32,000 nt of DNA from Candidatus Altimarinota bacterium. Lineage in GTDB: Bacteria; Patescibacteriota; Gracilibacteria; UBA1369. Of this stretch, positions 19,014 to 28,736 are shown piece by piece. The stretch is taken from NCBI GenBank assembly GCA_041659405.1, contig JBAZYK010000005.1, positions 31,796-63,795 on the forward strand. Reading direction: 5' to 3'. The stretch's first letter is position 1, and each line of letters begins with the position of its first letter. The position numbers and the translations under genes are program-made. The notes under the pieces were generated by a model. That model searched no databases. It saw only the letters and a program-made list of their open reading frames with translations, and was not told where the DNA came from.

Positions 19014-20300
19014 ATGAATATTCAGGAGCTCAAAAAAGATTTCCCGATTTTGCAGCAAAAAATTAAAGGTAAAACCCTGGTCTATTTGGATAATGCCTCC
19101 ACAAGCCAAAAACCACTTGTTGTGATTAAGGCGCTGGAGGAATTTTATCTAACTTCCAACGCCAATATTCATCGGGGAATTCACACTCTTTCCGAAAGAG
19201 CCACCGAAGCTTACGAAAAAACACGCACGCATGTTGCCAAATTTATTAACGCTTCCGAAAGCGCGGAAATTATTTTTACCCGCAACGCCACGGAATCCAT
19301 AAATTTGGTGGCCTACACCTGGTGTGAACAAAATATTTATTCAGGAGATGATATTGTAGTAAGCGCTTTAGAGCACCATTCCAATCTTGTGCCATGGCAA
19401 CAGGTTTGCCTTAAAAAAAAGGCGAATTTAAAGGTAATTCCAATAAATAAAGATGGAACTTTGGATCTTAGCAATCTTGAATCTTTGATCACGGAAAAAA
19501 CTAAATTGGTGGCCGTGACTCAAATGTCCAATGCGCTTGGGACCGTGGTTCCGCTTGAAAAAATTATTGCGCGGGCACGCATGGTTGGAGCAAAAATTTT
19601 AGTGGATGGAGCGCAAGGTATTCCGCATCTGGGAATTGATGTGCGAAAATTGGATATTGATTTTTTGGCTTTCTCTGCGCATAAAATGCTTGGGCCAACC
19701 GGAGTTGGAATTTTGTATGGAAAGCGTGAATTATTGGAAAATATGCCGCCGTTTTTATTTGGAGGAGAAATGATTTTGGAGGTCGATCAATTTGAATCAC
19801 GATGGAATCAAATCCCATGGAAGTTTGAAGCGGGCACGCCCAATATTGCTGATGTGGTGGCCTTTGATGCCGCACTTAGTTATATCGAAAAAATTGGTTA
19901 CGATTTTATTAAAGAACAGGACCAAAAACTTTTGGCTTATGCTCGAGCAAAACTTTCAACTCTTCCGGGGATTGAAATTTACGGACCAGCTGACCAGGAA
20001 AATGAAGATGAAAAATCCCTGAGCGAAACGAGTTCCACTAGCGATAAAAACGCGCACTCTGCACGCAGTAGTGGAATTTTATCGTTCAATATTCCCGGCG
20101 TTCATCCACATGATGTTGGTTCAATTTTGAGTGAAGAAGGTGTCGCGATCAGAGCCGGACACCATTGCGCGCAGCCACTTCTTGCCAGTCTTGGGATTTT
20201 TGCAACTGCCCGAATGAGTTTTTATTTTTACAATACCGAAGAAGATATTGATGCCGCTTTTGATGCATTAAAAAAAGTTTACAAACTTTTTAAAATCTAA
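19014..20300 (+). CDS. sufS: Cysteine desulfurase SufS
   Basis: 'YLDNASTSQKP', 'DFLAFSAHKMLGPTGVGILYG', 'RAGHHCAQPL'. Start at MNIQELKKDFP. Confidence 0.93.
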   Translation: MNIQELKKDFPILQQKIKGKTLVYLDNASTSQKPLVVIKALEEFYLTSNANIHRGIHTLSERATEAYEKTRTHVAKFINASESAEIIFTRNATESINLVAYTWCEQNIYSGDDIVVSALEHHSNLVPWQQVCLKKKANLKVIPINKDGTLDLSNLESLITEKTKLVAVTQMSNALGTVVPLEKIIARARMVGAKILVDGAQGIPHLGIDVRKLDIDFLAFSAHKMLGPTGVGILYGKRELLENMPPFLFGGEMILEVDQFESRWNQIPWKFEAGTPNIADVVAFDAALSYIEKIGYDFIKEQDQKLLAYARAKLSTLPGIEIYGPADQENEDEKSLSETSSTSDKNAHSARSSGILSFNIPGVHPHDVGSILSEEGVAIRAGHHCAQPLLASLGIFATARMSFYFYNTEEDIDAAFDALKKVYKLFKI

Positions 20301-20683
20301 TGGAACTTTACGCAGAAATCATTTTGGATCACTATCAAAATCCACATCATTTTGGAACGCTTTCACATGCGACTTTTTGCGCTGAAGATGCTAATCCCCT
20401 CTGCGGAGATAAACTTAAAATGGATTTCGTGATTGATAAAAATGACAAAATTAGCGACGTGGCGTTTAGCGGAGAAGGATGCGCAATAAGCCGAGCGAGT
20501 GCTTCCATGCTCACGGACGAATTGATCGGCAAATCGCTCGAAGAAGCCGGAAAAATCACCAGTGAAAATATTTTCGAAATGATTCAGGTTCCGCTAACAC
20601 CCGCGCGTGTGAAGTGTGCACTTTTGGGATTGGCGGTTTTGAAAAAGGCTTTACTTGAACAGAAATTAAAAATTAATAATTAG
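20300..20683 (+). CDS. sufU: Fe-S assembly scaffold SufU/IscU-like
   Basis: 'ILDHYQNPHHFGTL', 'NPLCGDKL', 'GEGCAISRASASM', C-terminal 'RVKCALLGL'. Confidence 0.93.
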   Translation: MELYAEIILDHYQNPHHFGTLSHATFCAEDANPLCGDKLKMDFVIDKNDKISDVAFSGEGCAISRASASMLTDELIGKSLEEAGKITSENIFEMIQVPLTPARVKCALLGLAVLKKALLEQKLKINN

Positions 20684-20754
20684 TAATTAGAAATGCCTTT
20701 ATTGTAAAATTATGAATTATAAATTGGTTGAATCATATTTGTAAACTGAACACC

Positions 20755-21084
20755 ATGACAGACAAACCAACTCCAATTACATTTGACGATAAGCACCCAT
20801 ACTGGGAGGCGATTAATGAAGTCCTGGACCCGGAAACCGGCATTGGCATTGCCGACATGGGAATTATTTATGATGTTCAGCAAAAAAAAGGCGTGGTCGA
20901 TGTAAAAATGACACTGACTTCAATGGGCTGTCCCGCCGGCCCGGATATTGTCACAAGTCTGGATGGCGTTTTACGAATGCAGCACGGCGTAAAAGACGTG
21001 ATGATTGAAGTGGTCTGGGATCCAATGTGGACGCCTGATCGCATGAAACCGGAAATTCGTGAAATGCTGTTTATGGGCTTTTAG
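20755..21084 (+). CDS. MIP18/DUF59 family metal-sulfur cluster assembly factor (SufT/PaaD-like)
   Basis: 'EVLDPETGIGIADMGIIYDV...MTLTSMGCPAG...VVWDPMWTPDRM'. Likely start MTDKPTPITFD. Confidence 0.88.
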   Translation: MTDKPTPITFDDKHPYWEAINEVLDPETGIGIADMGIIYDVQQKKGVVDVKMTLTSMGCPAGPDIVTSLDGVLRMQHGVKDVMIEVVWDPMWTPDRMKPEIREMLFMGF

Positions 21085-21113
21085 CCAACGTTTGTGCTGT
21101 TGCCAAAATCTTT

Positions 21114-21656
21114 TTAGGCGTTTTTTTCGAAAATTTTGAAACTGAATTTTAGACCGTTTTCTTCGCTAACTTCCGAGGTGGATTTTAGAGAGAAATTTTT
21201 CTGAAGAGACTCTTTTGGGAAAAAAGTATCGCAATTAAAAGTCTGTTCAATTTGCGTAAGATAAATCGTTTGGCAATCCGGATGATCAATGGCTTGAGCA
21301 AAAATATTTGCGCCACCAATCACAAAAACATTTTCAATTTGAAAGTTTTGCTGAGAAGTTTCTTCCAAACTTTTTAGAGCTTCTTCAAGAGAGTGAAAAA
21401 GCAGAACGCCTTCCGGCAAAGTTAGTTCTCCCCTGCTAAGCACAATATTCACACGATTTTTGAGAGGTCTGTGTTTTTCCGGAAGAGAATCCCAAGTTTT
21501 TCTGCCCATAATCACTGCGTTTGTTTTTTGTTGATATTGAACTCCAGTGGTTACGTCTGAAAAATACTTTAAATCCGAAGGCAATCGCCAAGGCATAGTA
21601 TTATTTTTTCCGATTCCAAATTCCTGATCTACTGCTACAACTAGAGAAAATTTCAT
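21114..21656 (-). CDS. folA: Dihydrofolate reductase
   Basis: 'VVAVDQEFGIGKNNTMPWRLPSDLKYF...AVIMGRKTWDSLPEKHRPL'. Confidence 0.95.
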   Translation of the reverse strand: MKFSLVVAVDQEFGIGKNNTMPWRLPSDLKYFSDVTTGVQYQQKTNAVIMGRKTWDSLPEKHRPLKNRVNIVLSRGELTLPEGVLLFHSLEEALKSLEETSQQNFQIENVFVIGGANIFAQAIDHPDCQTIYLTQIEQTFNCDTFFPKESLQKNFSLKSTSEVSEENGLKFSFKIFEKNA

Positions 21657-21844
21657 GGGTAAATTTTTAGTTCTTAAAGATTTTAGTTATATTTTTTTGT
21701 TCAACGCCACTTCTGGATATTTTTTTTATTCATTAACCGCTTTTGTATATAATTTTTATCCAGCTCCGCCCGTGAATACTTTTATTGTTCAACCGGTGCG
21801 CCTGGATACATTTCTTATTCAACGTGAATCCTCTTATTAATCTG

Positions 21845-22741
21845 CTAAACTGCCACTTCAAACTTGATAAAATCGTGATGTTGATATCCTACTAATTCAA
21901 AATCTTCATACTGCAAATCCTGAAAAGGTTTTTTGGCAATTTTTAAAGTTGGTAATGGGAACTCTGTCCGTTCGAGCTGTTTTTTAAGTCCTTCAATGTG
22001 GTTTAAATAGATATGTGCATCACCTAAAGTGTGAGTGAAAATTCCCGGAATTAATCCGCATTCCTGAGCAACCATTTGCAGAAGCGCCGCGTAACTCGCA
22101 ATGTTAAAAGGCACACCCAGGGCAATGTCGGCACTGCGCTGATAAAGCTGTAAATCAAGCCGTCCGTTGATTACATAAAATTGGAAAAAAGCGTGACATG
22201 GCGGGAGTTTCATTCGATCAATATCAGCAACATTCCAGGCACTTACAATTATGCGACGAGAATCTGGATTTTTTTTGATGGTGTCGATTGCCTGCTGGAT
22301 CTGATCGATGTGCGATTTTTCATATTTAACCTCAAAGGTCGTTGCGTTTTGATCAGCGGTATCGCTTTGCGATGCTTCTTTGTTGTCCGGCGTAGTGGCC
22401 GGACTGGGCTTCGCTTCGCTCGCCCTGCTGAACTTCTCCCATTTGCGCCATTGATAGCCATAAATCGGGCCAAGGTCGCCGTTTTCATCGGCCCAGGCAT
22501 TCCAGATTGGCGTGTACTCTTTAAGGCCTTCATTGATGTTGGTGGAACCTTTTAAAAACCATAAAAGCTCACGCAGAATGCCGTCAAAACGGACTTTTTT
22601 AGTGGTAAGCAGCGGAAAACCATCACGTAAATCATATTTGCGCTGAACACCAAAAATGGAAATCGTTCCAACCCCTGTACGATCACGTTTTTCGGCTCCA
22701 GTTTCCAATACTTCGCGAACCAGACTGTGATATTGTTCCAT
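21845..22741 (-). CDS. thyA: Thymidylate synthase with a ~30-aa low-complexity insertion
   Basis: '[11 protein letters not shown]', '[32 protein letters not shown]', '[18 protein letters not shown]'. Confidence 0.95.
   Translation of the reverse strand: MEQYHSLVREVLETGAEKRDRTGVGTISIFGVQRKYDLRDGFPLLTTKKVRFDGILRELLWFLKGSTNINEGLKEYTPIWNAWADENGDLGPIYGYQWRKWEKFSRASEAKPSPATTPDNKEASQSDTADQNATTFEVKYEKSHIDQIQQAIDTIKKNPDSRRIIVSAWNVADIDRMKLPPCHAFFQFYVINGRLDLQLYQRSADIALGVPFNIASYAALLQMVAQECGLIPGIFTHTLGDAHIYLNHIEGLKKQLERTEFPLPTLKIAKKPFQDLQYEDFELVGYQHHDFIKFEVAV
22385..22425. repeat. Tandem palindromes within the thyA coding sequence
   Basis: GTCCGGC-gtagtg-GCCGGAC (22385-22404) then GGGC-ttcgcttcgctc-GCCC (22406-22425), inside the non-conserved insert. 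Confidence 0.85.
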
Positions 22742-22888
22742 GAAAATTTTAATGAGGAAGCAAGGCCATTCTAGGGAAATTTTGGGGAAATGTTAAATTA
22801 ATGTGCTTAATTTGGGTTTTTAATTTGCATTAAGGGCTTCAGGGAAAGGCTTTTTTGTGGTATAATAAAAAGATTTTTATAAAAAATT

Positions 22889-23671
22889 ATGGGAGTATCT
22901 GCAGAAAATAAGGATAATTTGGAACCACAAAATGTGGGGCCGGTTGATGTGCGTGATTTTGTTGATGATACGGTGCGTGATTATGTGAGCGCAATGGGAC
23001 GTCTGGATCAAACTGCTTTGAAAAATTTGGAAGATGAATTTGTTTGCAAGGATGTTAATTGGGGAAAACCATGGCTAAAAGGCTTAAAAGAATATTTAGT
23101 TAATAAGGGCGAGCGCAACCCCAGTGATATAAAAAAAGCTTTGGAAATCTACAAAGAGGAACAATTACACAAAATAGATAAACATCATGTTGAATCCAAA
23201 TCTTCGAATGATCCGGAAAAATTGGCTTATCACACAAAATTGCACATGGTTGAGTCTTTGCTTGGAGGCCTGCCAAAAGCCGCCAATGACAATGCTAAAA
23301 AGAAAAATCCGGAAAAGAATAAAGGTATCCTTGTTTTAAAAGATAAGGAAGCTTATGGGAATTTTGTTCAAAATATAATCGATCAGGTTAAGTGGGGCGT
23401 GGGCAAAGTAATGACAGTTGTCGCCGGAAAAGAAAACAAATGGGCCAAGCAATTAATGGAACCGTGGGAACAATATCGCGCCAAAGAAAGAGAACGATTT
23501 GACGCACAAGATAAAGCTCAGGCAGAAAAAAGCGGACAAACTACCGCTCCTCCGGCAAGTGAGCAGGCTCATGAGCCACCGCCAAGCACGTTGCCCGTGG
23601 AAATGACTGAACCATTGTTGCCAAATCAAGCTGCAAATGATAATGCGGAAGCTGCGAATAAAGCGGCTTAA
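22889..23671 (+). CDS. Hypothetical protein, highly charged, probably cytosolic
   Basis: 260-aa ORF with no family recognised. Confidence 0.6.
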   Translation: MGVSAENKDNLEPQNVGPVDVRDFVDDTVRDYVSAMGRLDQTALKNLEDEFVCKDVNWGKPWLKGLKEYLVNKGERNPSDIKKALEIYKEEQLHKIDKHHVESKSSNDPEKLAYHTKLHMVESLLGGLPKAANDNAKKKNPEKNKGILVLKDKEAYGNFVQNIIDQVKWGVGKVMTVVAGKENKWAKQLMEPWEQYRAKERERFDAQDKAQAEKSGQTTAPPASEQAHEPPPSTLPVEMTEPLLPNQAANDNAEAANKAA

Positions 23672-23772
23672 TTCAGCCAAAATCTGCTCTCATTCACTTT
23701 CGCATAAAGTTACCATGGAACTCGCTCCGCTCGCAGTAGCAATAGGCACTTTGTGCGTGGTAGAATGGGCAC

Positions 23773-24669
23773 ATGACTACTGACTTTTCACAACAACGCT
23801 TGGAAAAATATCAACAGACACTTAAGCAAAATTACACCGGCTGTCTTTTTGATATTGATGGGACTCTAACTGTACGAGGTGACGAATTCATGCCGGAATT
23901 TATGAATCAACCTTTGGCGGAAATGGCTTTACAGATACCCATGGGCGTGTGCACGGCAAGAAGACTTGCTCACGCTTACGAAAAACTTGCGCCGATGTTT
24001 ATGAAATCTTCCAATCCGTTAAAAAGTCAGGAAAATTGGGTTTTGATTTGTGAAAATGGTGGAATTGGTTATGTTTTTGATCCTGTGAAAAAGAAATATG
24101 AAGAATTTTTCAGAGTGGATTTTTTTTATGATGACGAGCAAAAAAACAATATCTATGAACAGATAAAAAATGCGCTTGGTGATAAAGTTGGCGTCTCTTT
24201 TCAAAACGAAGTTAGTATTGTTTTTCGGCCAATCAACGTTGACGATAATGACCGTGAAGAATTGGCCAAAAGAAGCCATGAGCTCGCCATGATGATTAAG
24301 GAGGTTTTACCAAAATATGATCCAAAAACTGTTTTAAGAATTGGCGATTCCGGAATTGGAGTGGTGGTTTTTCCATATACCGGAAATAAAGAAAACGGGA
24401 CCGCCATGTTCGCGAAATATCTAAGCAAAAAAAATGGATATAAATTTAGTCCAAATCTGCAGGAAATTGTGGTTGTAGGCGATCAACCGATTCCGGGCGG
24501 GAATGATGAATTTTTTCTGGATGGCAAATATGGCACGCCTTTCACAGTTGGCGAAGTTCATCCCCAGAATCTATTGCCCTTACCGGTCTATAAGAGCGAT
24601 AATGAAATTATAAAAGGCCCCGAGGGGACTTTAAGTTTATTACAACAATTACACTTTAATCATGATTGA
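23773..24669 (+). CDS. HAD-superfamily hydrolase
   Basis: 'CLFDIDGTLTVRGDE', 'VVVGDQPIPGGNDEFFLDG'. Confidence 0.8.
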   Translation: MTTDFSQQRLEKYQQTLKQNYTGCLFDIDGTLTVRGDEFMPEFMNQPLAEMALQIPMGVCTARRLAHAYEKLAPMFMKSSNPLKSQENWVLICENGGIGYVFDPVKKKYEEFFRVDFFYDDEQKNNIYEQIKNALGDKVGVSFQNEVSIVFRPINVDDNDREELAKRSHELAMMIKEVLPKYDPKTVLRIGDSGIGVVVFPYTGNKENGTAMFAKYLSKKNGYKFSPNLQEIVVVGDQPIPGGNDEFFLDGKYGTPFTVGEVHPQNLLPLPVYKSDNEIIKGPEGTLSLLQQLHFNHD

Positions 24670-25327
24670 ATTTTCACAAGAAAACCAGCGCGTGGGGATA
24701 TTTATTGACACACAAAATTTGTATCACTCCGCCAGGTCTATATTTAATGCCCGCGTGAATTACGGAACATTGATCGAAACGGCCATTCAAGGACGTAAAT
24801 TTATGAGAGCTTTTGCTTATGTAATCAGATCCGAATCGGCGGATGAAATTAAATTTTTTGAAGCGCTGTCCGATTTGGGCATAGAGATGCGCGTAAAGGA
24901 TTTGCAAATTTTTTACAGCGGAGAAAAAAAGGCGGATTGGGATGTTGGTATTGCGATTGATATTGTGCGCATGACGGAAAAACTGGATGCGGTTGTTTTG
25001 GTTAGCGGTGATGGCGATTTTGTTGAGGTTTTGCGTTATGTGAAATCACGTGGTGTAAAAGCGGAAGTAATGGCTTTTAGAAAGACGACTTCCGCTAAAT
25101 TGCTGGAAGAAGTGGATGTTTTTTATGATTTGGGAGCCGATCCGGGCAGATTTTTGATTCCAAGTGGAAAGCCACAGCGACTTCCCGAAAAAGGGCTGAT
25201 GCCTGGCAAACCACAAGGCAATCCAGTGCCAGGAAGGCCTCAAGTACAAGGAAAACCACAAGACAGCGGAAAACCTATACAGCCTTCCAAACCTTTTCAA
25301 AAAGTTAGACGAAGGTTAGTGGCATAA
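24662..25327 (+). CDS. NYN domain protein (LabA/DUF88 family)
   Basis: 'RVGIFIDTQNLYHSAR...DWDVGIAIDIVRM...AVVLVSGDGDFVEVLRYVKSRGVKAEVMAF'. Pro/Gln-rich tail; 8-bp overlap with the HAD gene. Confidence 0.88.
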   Translation: MIEFSQENQRVGIFIDTQNLYHSARSIFNARVNYGTLIETAIQGRKFMRAFAYVIRSESADEIKFFEALSDLGIEMRVKDLQIFYSGEKKADWDVGIAIDIVRMTEKLDAVVLVSGDGDFVEVLRYVKSRGVKAEVMAFRKTTSAKLLEEVDVFYDLGADPGRFLIPSGKPQRLPEKGLMPGKPQGNPVPGRPQVQGKPQDSGKPIQPSKPFQKVRRRLVA

Positions 25328-25388
25328 GCTGTAATGCAGGTTGCTAACGCAGAGGCTTTTGCTAAATTTATTTTTTTATTTATTTCTT

Positions 25389-25913
25389 ATGTTTGTACAA
25401 GTTGGAAAAACTGCACCGACTTTTGCTCTTGAAGCTCTGGTTGGTGACGATTTTAAAAAAGTTTCCTCGGAGGATTATAAGGGTAAAAAATGGATGGTTT
25501 TGTTTTTTTATCCATTGGATTTTACATTTGTGTGCCCAACTGAAATTCTGGAATTCAGTAATCGTGCAAAAGAATTTGAAGCACTGAATGCTTTTATCTT
25601 GGGAGTAAGCGTAGATAGTGTTTATTCACATAAAGCCTGGACTAAAGAGTTGGGACAACTCAATTATCCTTTAATGAGTGATAGCACTCGGATATTATCC
25701 AGTGAATATGGCATTCTGATTGAAGAAAAAGGTCATGCTTTGCGTGGACTTTATATAGTTGATCCTGAAGGAATTTTAAGATATCAGCTTGTTCACGACC
25801 TATCTGTTGGCCGCAGCGTTGATGAAACTTTGCGTGTTGTAAAGGCTCTGCAAAGCGGAGAGCTTTGTCCGGTAGGCTGGAAGCCCGGTCAAAAAACTTT
25901 GGGGAAAGCGTAA
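25389..25913 (+). CDS. Peroxiredoxin, AhpC/Prx1 (2-Cys) family
   Basis: 'FFYPLDFTFVCPTEILEFS', 'GELCPVGWKPGQKT'. Likely start MFVQVGKTAP. Confidence 0.92.
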   Translation: MFVQVGKTAPTFALEALVGDDFKKVSSEDYKGKKWMVLFFYPLDFTFVCPTEILEFSNRAKEFEALNAFILGVSVDSVYSHKAWTKELGQLNYPLMSDSTRILSSEYGILIEEKGHALRGLYIVDPEGILRYQLVHDLSVGRSVDETLRVVKALQSGELCPVGWKPGQKTLGKA

Positions 25914-25962
25914 AACTTTCAAGCCTCTCATGAATGAGGCATATTACTTACTTTTACTTTCT

Positions 25963-26916
25963 ATGTCCGAAAATACTTCTGTAATTTACGACTTTCTGAT
26001 TATTGGAGCCGGCTGCGCGGGCGCAAGTGGAGGCATGTATGGCGCGCGCTTGAATTTAAAAACGGCGATGATCGGTGAACTTCCGGGTGGATTGATTACT
26101 ACAACCCATTTGGTCGAAAACTGGCCGGGAATCAAGCAAATCAGTGGCCCGGATTTGGCAGCGGCGCTGCTTGATCATGCGGCATCTTATAACGTGCCGC
26201 TAATTAATGAAAAAGTGTTGTCGGTTGGCCGCGCGGTACAAAATGTTCCTGCCGGAAAACAAAGTGGATTTTTGGTTAAAACAGGATCAAACAGCTATCT
26301 GGCAAAAACCGTTTTGTTTGCGACCGGAACTGAGCATAAAAAACTGGGAGTTCCAGGGGAAAAAGAATTAGCCAATAAAGGCGTATCTTACTGCGCTTTA
26401 TGCGATGCCGGATTTTTTAGAAATAAAGTTGTGGCGGTAGTTGGCAGTGGCGATTCCGCGGTGAAAGAGGCAATTTTATTGGCTGAACAATGCGCAAAAG
26501 TTTATCTTTTGATTCGTGGAGATGTGGTAAAAGCCGAAGGTCCAAATCAAACTCGGCTTCAAAATAATCCTAAAATTGAAGTGCGTTTTAAGGCGGAAAT
26601 TGCGGAGATTAAGGGCAGTACTAAAGTGGAAAAGGTTTTGCTTAAAAGTGGCGAGGAGCTTCCAATGCAGGGGGTTTTTGTGGCTGTTGGGCATTTGCCT
26701 TTGTCGGGGCTCGCAAAAGAGCTTGGGGTTGCGTTAAATAATCATGGTGAAATTATGGTTAATCGCCAATCACAAACTAATCTTCCTGGAATATTTGCAG
26801 CCGGAGACGTAACCGACAGCAGCTTTAAACAAGCCATAACCGGAGCTTCGGAGGCGGTTGTTGCTTCGTATTTTGCTTATGATTATGTCAGCAAAAGTGA
26901 AGTGGTGTTTGAGTAA
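25963..26916 (+). CDS. trxB: Thioredoxin-disulfide reductase
   Basis: 'IIGAGCAGASGGMYGARLNLKTAMIG', 'SYCALCDAGFFRNKVVAVVGSGDSAVKEA', 'GIFAAGDVTD'. The ORF-track start at 25930 is probably too far upstream. Confidence 0.92.
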   Translation: MSENTSVIYDFLIIGAGCAGASGGMYGARLNLKTAMIGELPGGLITTTHLVENWPGIKQISGPDLAAALLDHAASYNVPLINEKVLSVGRAVQNVPAGKQSGFLVKTGSNSYLAKTVLFATGTEHKKLGVPGEKELANKGVSYCALCDAGFFRNKVVAVVGSGDSAVKEAILLAEQCAKVYLLIRGDVVKAEGPNQTRLQNNPKIEVRFKAEIAEIKGSTKVEKVLLKSGEELPMQGVFVAVGHLPLSGLAKELGVALNNHGEIMVNRQSQTNLPGIFAAGDVTDSSFKQAITGASEAVVASYFAYDYVSKSEVVFE

Positions 26917-26958
26917 AAACGAGCGCAAATGGTACGCGCTGTGCTGCTGGAAGATTTA

Positions 26959-27399
26959 CTATTGCGACTGAGAATTCTTCAGGAATTTTTCCGCTTTTTC
27001 GAGAATGTCTTTGGCGGTTTTGAAAGTTGTTTTCTCGTAAGCCTCTTTGTATGGAAGCCACAAATAGCCTTTGTGCTCAAAAGAAACCGTGATCTTTTTT
27101 TGAGTGGTTCGTGCCAGAAAGAAAGTTACATCTTTGGACATTTTCTGTGGTCCATGCATATAAATATAATTTATTTTTTCGCGAAAACCTTCGATCCAGA
27201 CGATTTTTTCTAAAGCTGTTTCTTCTTTTAGTTCACGATATGCGGCTTCGTGCTCGGTCTCGTCGCCTTCAATGTGTCCTTTGGCATAATCAAAATGGCC
27301 GCCCGGATAATGCAAAAGCAGATATTCCCTGCCCTCTTTAAGTTGGCGGAATATGATGATTCCGGCTGATCTTTCGTAGATGATGTTTGGATTTTCCAT
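26959..27399 (-). CDS. NUDIX hydrolase
   Basis: Nudix box 'GHIEGDETEHEAAYRELKEETAL'. Confidence 0.92.
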   Translation of the reverse strand: MENPNIIYERSAGIIIFRQLKEGREYLLLHYPGGHFDYAKGHIEGDETEHEAAYRELKEETALEKIVWIEGFREKINYIYMHGPQKMSKDVTFFLARTTQKKITVSFEHKGYLWLPYKEAYEKTTFKTAKDILEKAEKFLKNSQSQ

Positions 27400-27463
27400 G
27401 AATTTCTTTTAGAATGCTCTTTGTTGGGCGAAAACACACGTATTGTAAAACTTTGCTTTTCAT

Positions 27464-28549
27464 TTGACCATGTTAACTGGACAAGAAAAAATTTCGGAGA
27501 TTATAAAGCGCTTTCCTAAGGCAAAAAAAACTTTGGCTCAATATGGTTTGACCATAGAGGCCGAGGAGCATTTTAAGTTTAAAAACCTGGTTTACGCGGC
27601 ACTCGTGCAAAAATTGCCTTTACGGAAGATTTTAACGGAATTGGGTGAAGTTACCGGTGAAAAAATCCGTGCATTAAACGTGCAGGGCTTGGAAAAGCCC
27701 ATGCAGCCGGGGTTTAGACATGGAACGCCAAAAGGAATTGGAAAAACTATTGTTGTGCATAGCGGCAAAGGTGGCGTTGGAAAAACGTTTGTGGCAGTAA
27801 ATTTGGCTGCGGCATTGGCTTGCAAGGGGTTTAAAGTGGGAATTTTGGACGGTGATGTGGATTGTCCGAATGTGATGGAAGTTTTAAAACTGAAGGGAAA
27901 AATGAAAGCGGATGCGGAGAAAAAAATTGTGCCGTTGGAGAAAATTTTTGCTCTAGCCAAAGGCAAGTCCCAACAGTTTGGCCTTAAAGTCGTTTCTATG
28001 GCACCTCTTTTGCAGCAGAATGATCAGCCGTTGATGTGGCGCGGTCCGGTGATTTCCCGTGTGATAGAGCAGTTTGTGCATGATGTGGCTTGGGGGGAGC
28101 TGGATTACCTTGTGGTTGATCTTCCTTCCGGAACCGGCGATGCGCCTTTAACTTTGCTGAATATTTTGGATCAGCCGAATTTTGTGGCCGTAACAACTTC
28201 GCAGGAGTTGGCGCAGTTGGATTGCAAAAAATCTCTTGGAATGGCTAAAAAATTAAACTTGAAGATTTTAGGCGTGATCGAAAATATGTCCGGGACGATT
28301 TTTGGCAAAGGTGGCGGTCTAAAAATCGCCAAAGAAATGAGTGGGACGGGCGCGGCGAGCAGGAGTGCGGAGGGATCAGAAAAATCGGTCAAAGGTAAGA
28401 CTGGTGTAAAAACGGTTGTGCCTTTTTTGGGAGCGATCGATTTAAAATCGGAATTTGCGAAATTGGATATCCATGGAAAACCGGCAGTGCTGCGGTCAAA
28501 AGCGCTTGCAGCAGTGTTTAATAAGATCATCGGAGCAATGAAACTTTAA
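27464..28549 (+). CDS. Mrp/NBP35 family P-loop ATPase (Fe-S carrier-like) with DUF1858-like N-terminus
   Basis: 'IVVHSGKGGVGKTFVAVNLAAALACKGFKVGILDGDVDCPNV', 'YLVVDLPSGTGDAPLTL'. Confidence 0.9.
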   Translation: MTMLTGQEKISEIIKRFPKAKKTLAQYGLTIEAEEHFKFKNLVYAALVQKLPLRKILTELGEVTGEKIRALNVQGLEKPMQPGFRHGTPKGIGKTIVVHSGKGGVGKTFVAVNLAAALACKGFKVGILDGDVDCPNVMEVLKLKGKMKADAEKKIVPLEKIFALAKGKSQQFGLKVVSMAPLLQQNDQPLMWRGPVISRVIEQFVHDVAWGELDYLVVDLPSGTGDAPLTLLNILDQPNFVAVTTSQELAQLDCKKSLGMAKKLNLKILGVIENMSGTIFGKGGGLKIAKEMSGTGAASRSAEGSEKSVKGKTGVKTVVPFLGAIDLKSEFAKLDIHGKPAVLRSKALAAVFNKIIGAMKL

Positions 28550-28599
28550 ATCCTAGTTTCGACATGTTAAAATGGGCCGGCAGTTGGAAATTGGGGCAC

Positions 28600-28685
28600 G
28601 GGCGAGTGGCGAAATGGCAGACGCGCTACCTTCAGGAGGTAGTGATCGCAAGGTCATGGAGGTTCAAGTCCTCTCTCGCCCACCA
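28600..28685 (+). tRNA. tRNA-Leu(CAG), CCA encoded
   Basis: GGGCGAG/CTCGCCC acceptor, anticodon arm CTACC-TTCAGGA-GGTAG, long variable arm, T arm GGAGGTTCAAGTCCTCT, ACCA end. Confidence 0.92.
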
Positions 28686-28706
28686 GATTTGCGCGGCAAA
28701 TCCGGC

Positions 28707-28720
28707 CCCGCCAAGGCGGG
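28707..28720. repeat. Short palindrome CCCGCC-AA-GGCGGG next to tRNA-Leu
   Basis: Read directly; near-identical core also at 29950..29963. Confidence 0.8.
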
Positions 28721-28736
28721 ACCAAAAATCAACAAT

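Noticed and set aside
21655-21840. 61-aa ORF between folA and thyA
   Set aside because: Hydrophobic, compositionally AT-driven and wedged between two minus-strand genes, with no supporting signal.
23453-23680. Antisense and overlapping ORFs from the six-frame track (e.g. 23453..23680, 24019..24279, 27592..27966, 28171..28530, 29206..29412)
   Set aside because: They lie opposite or inside well-supported genes and show no recognisable domains; treated as spurious.
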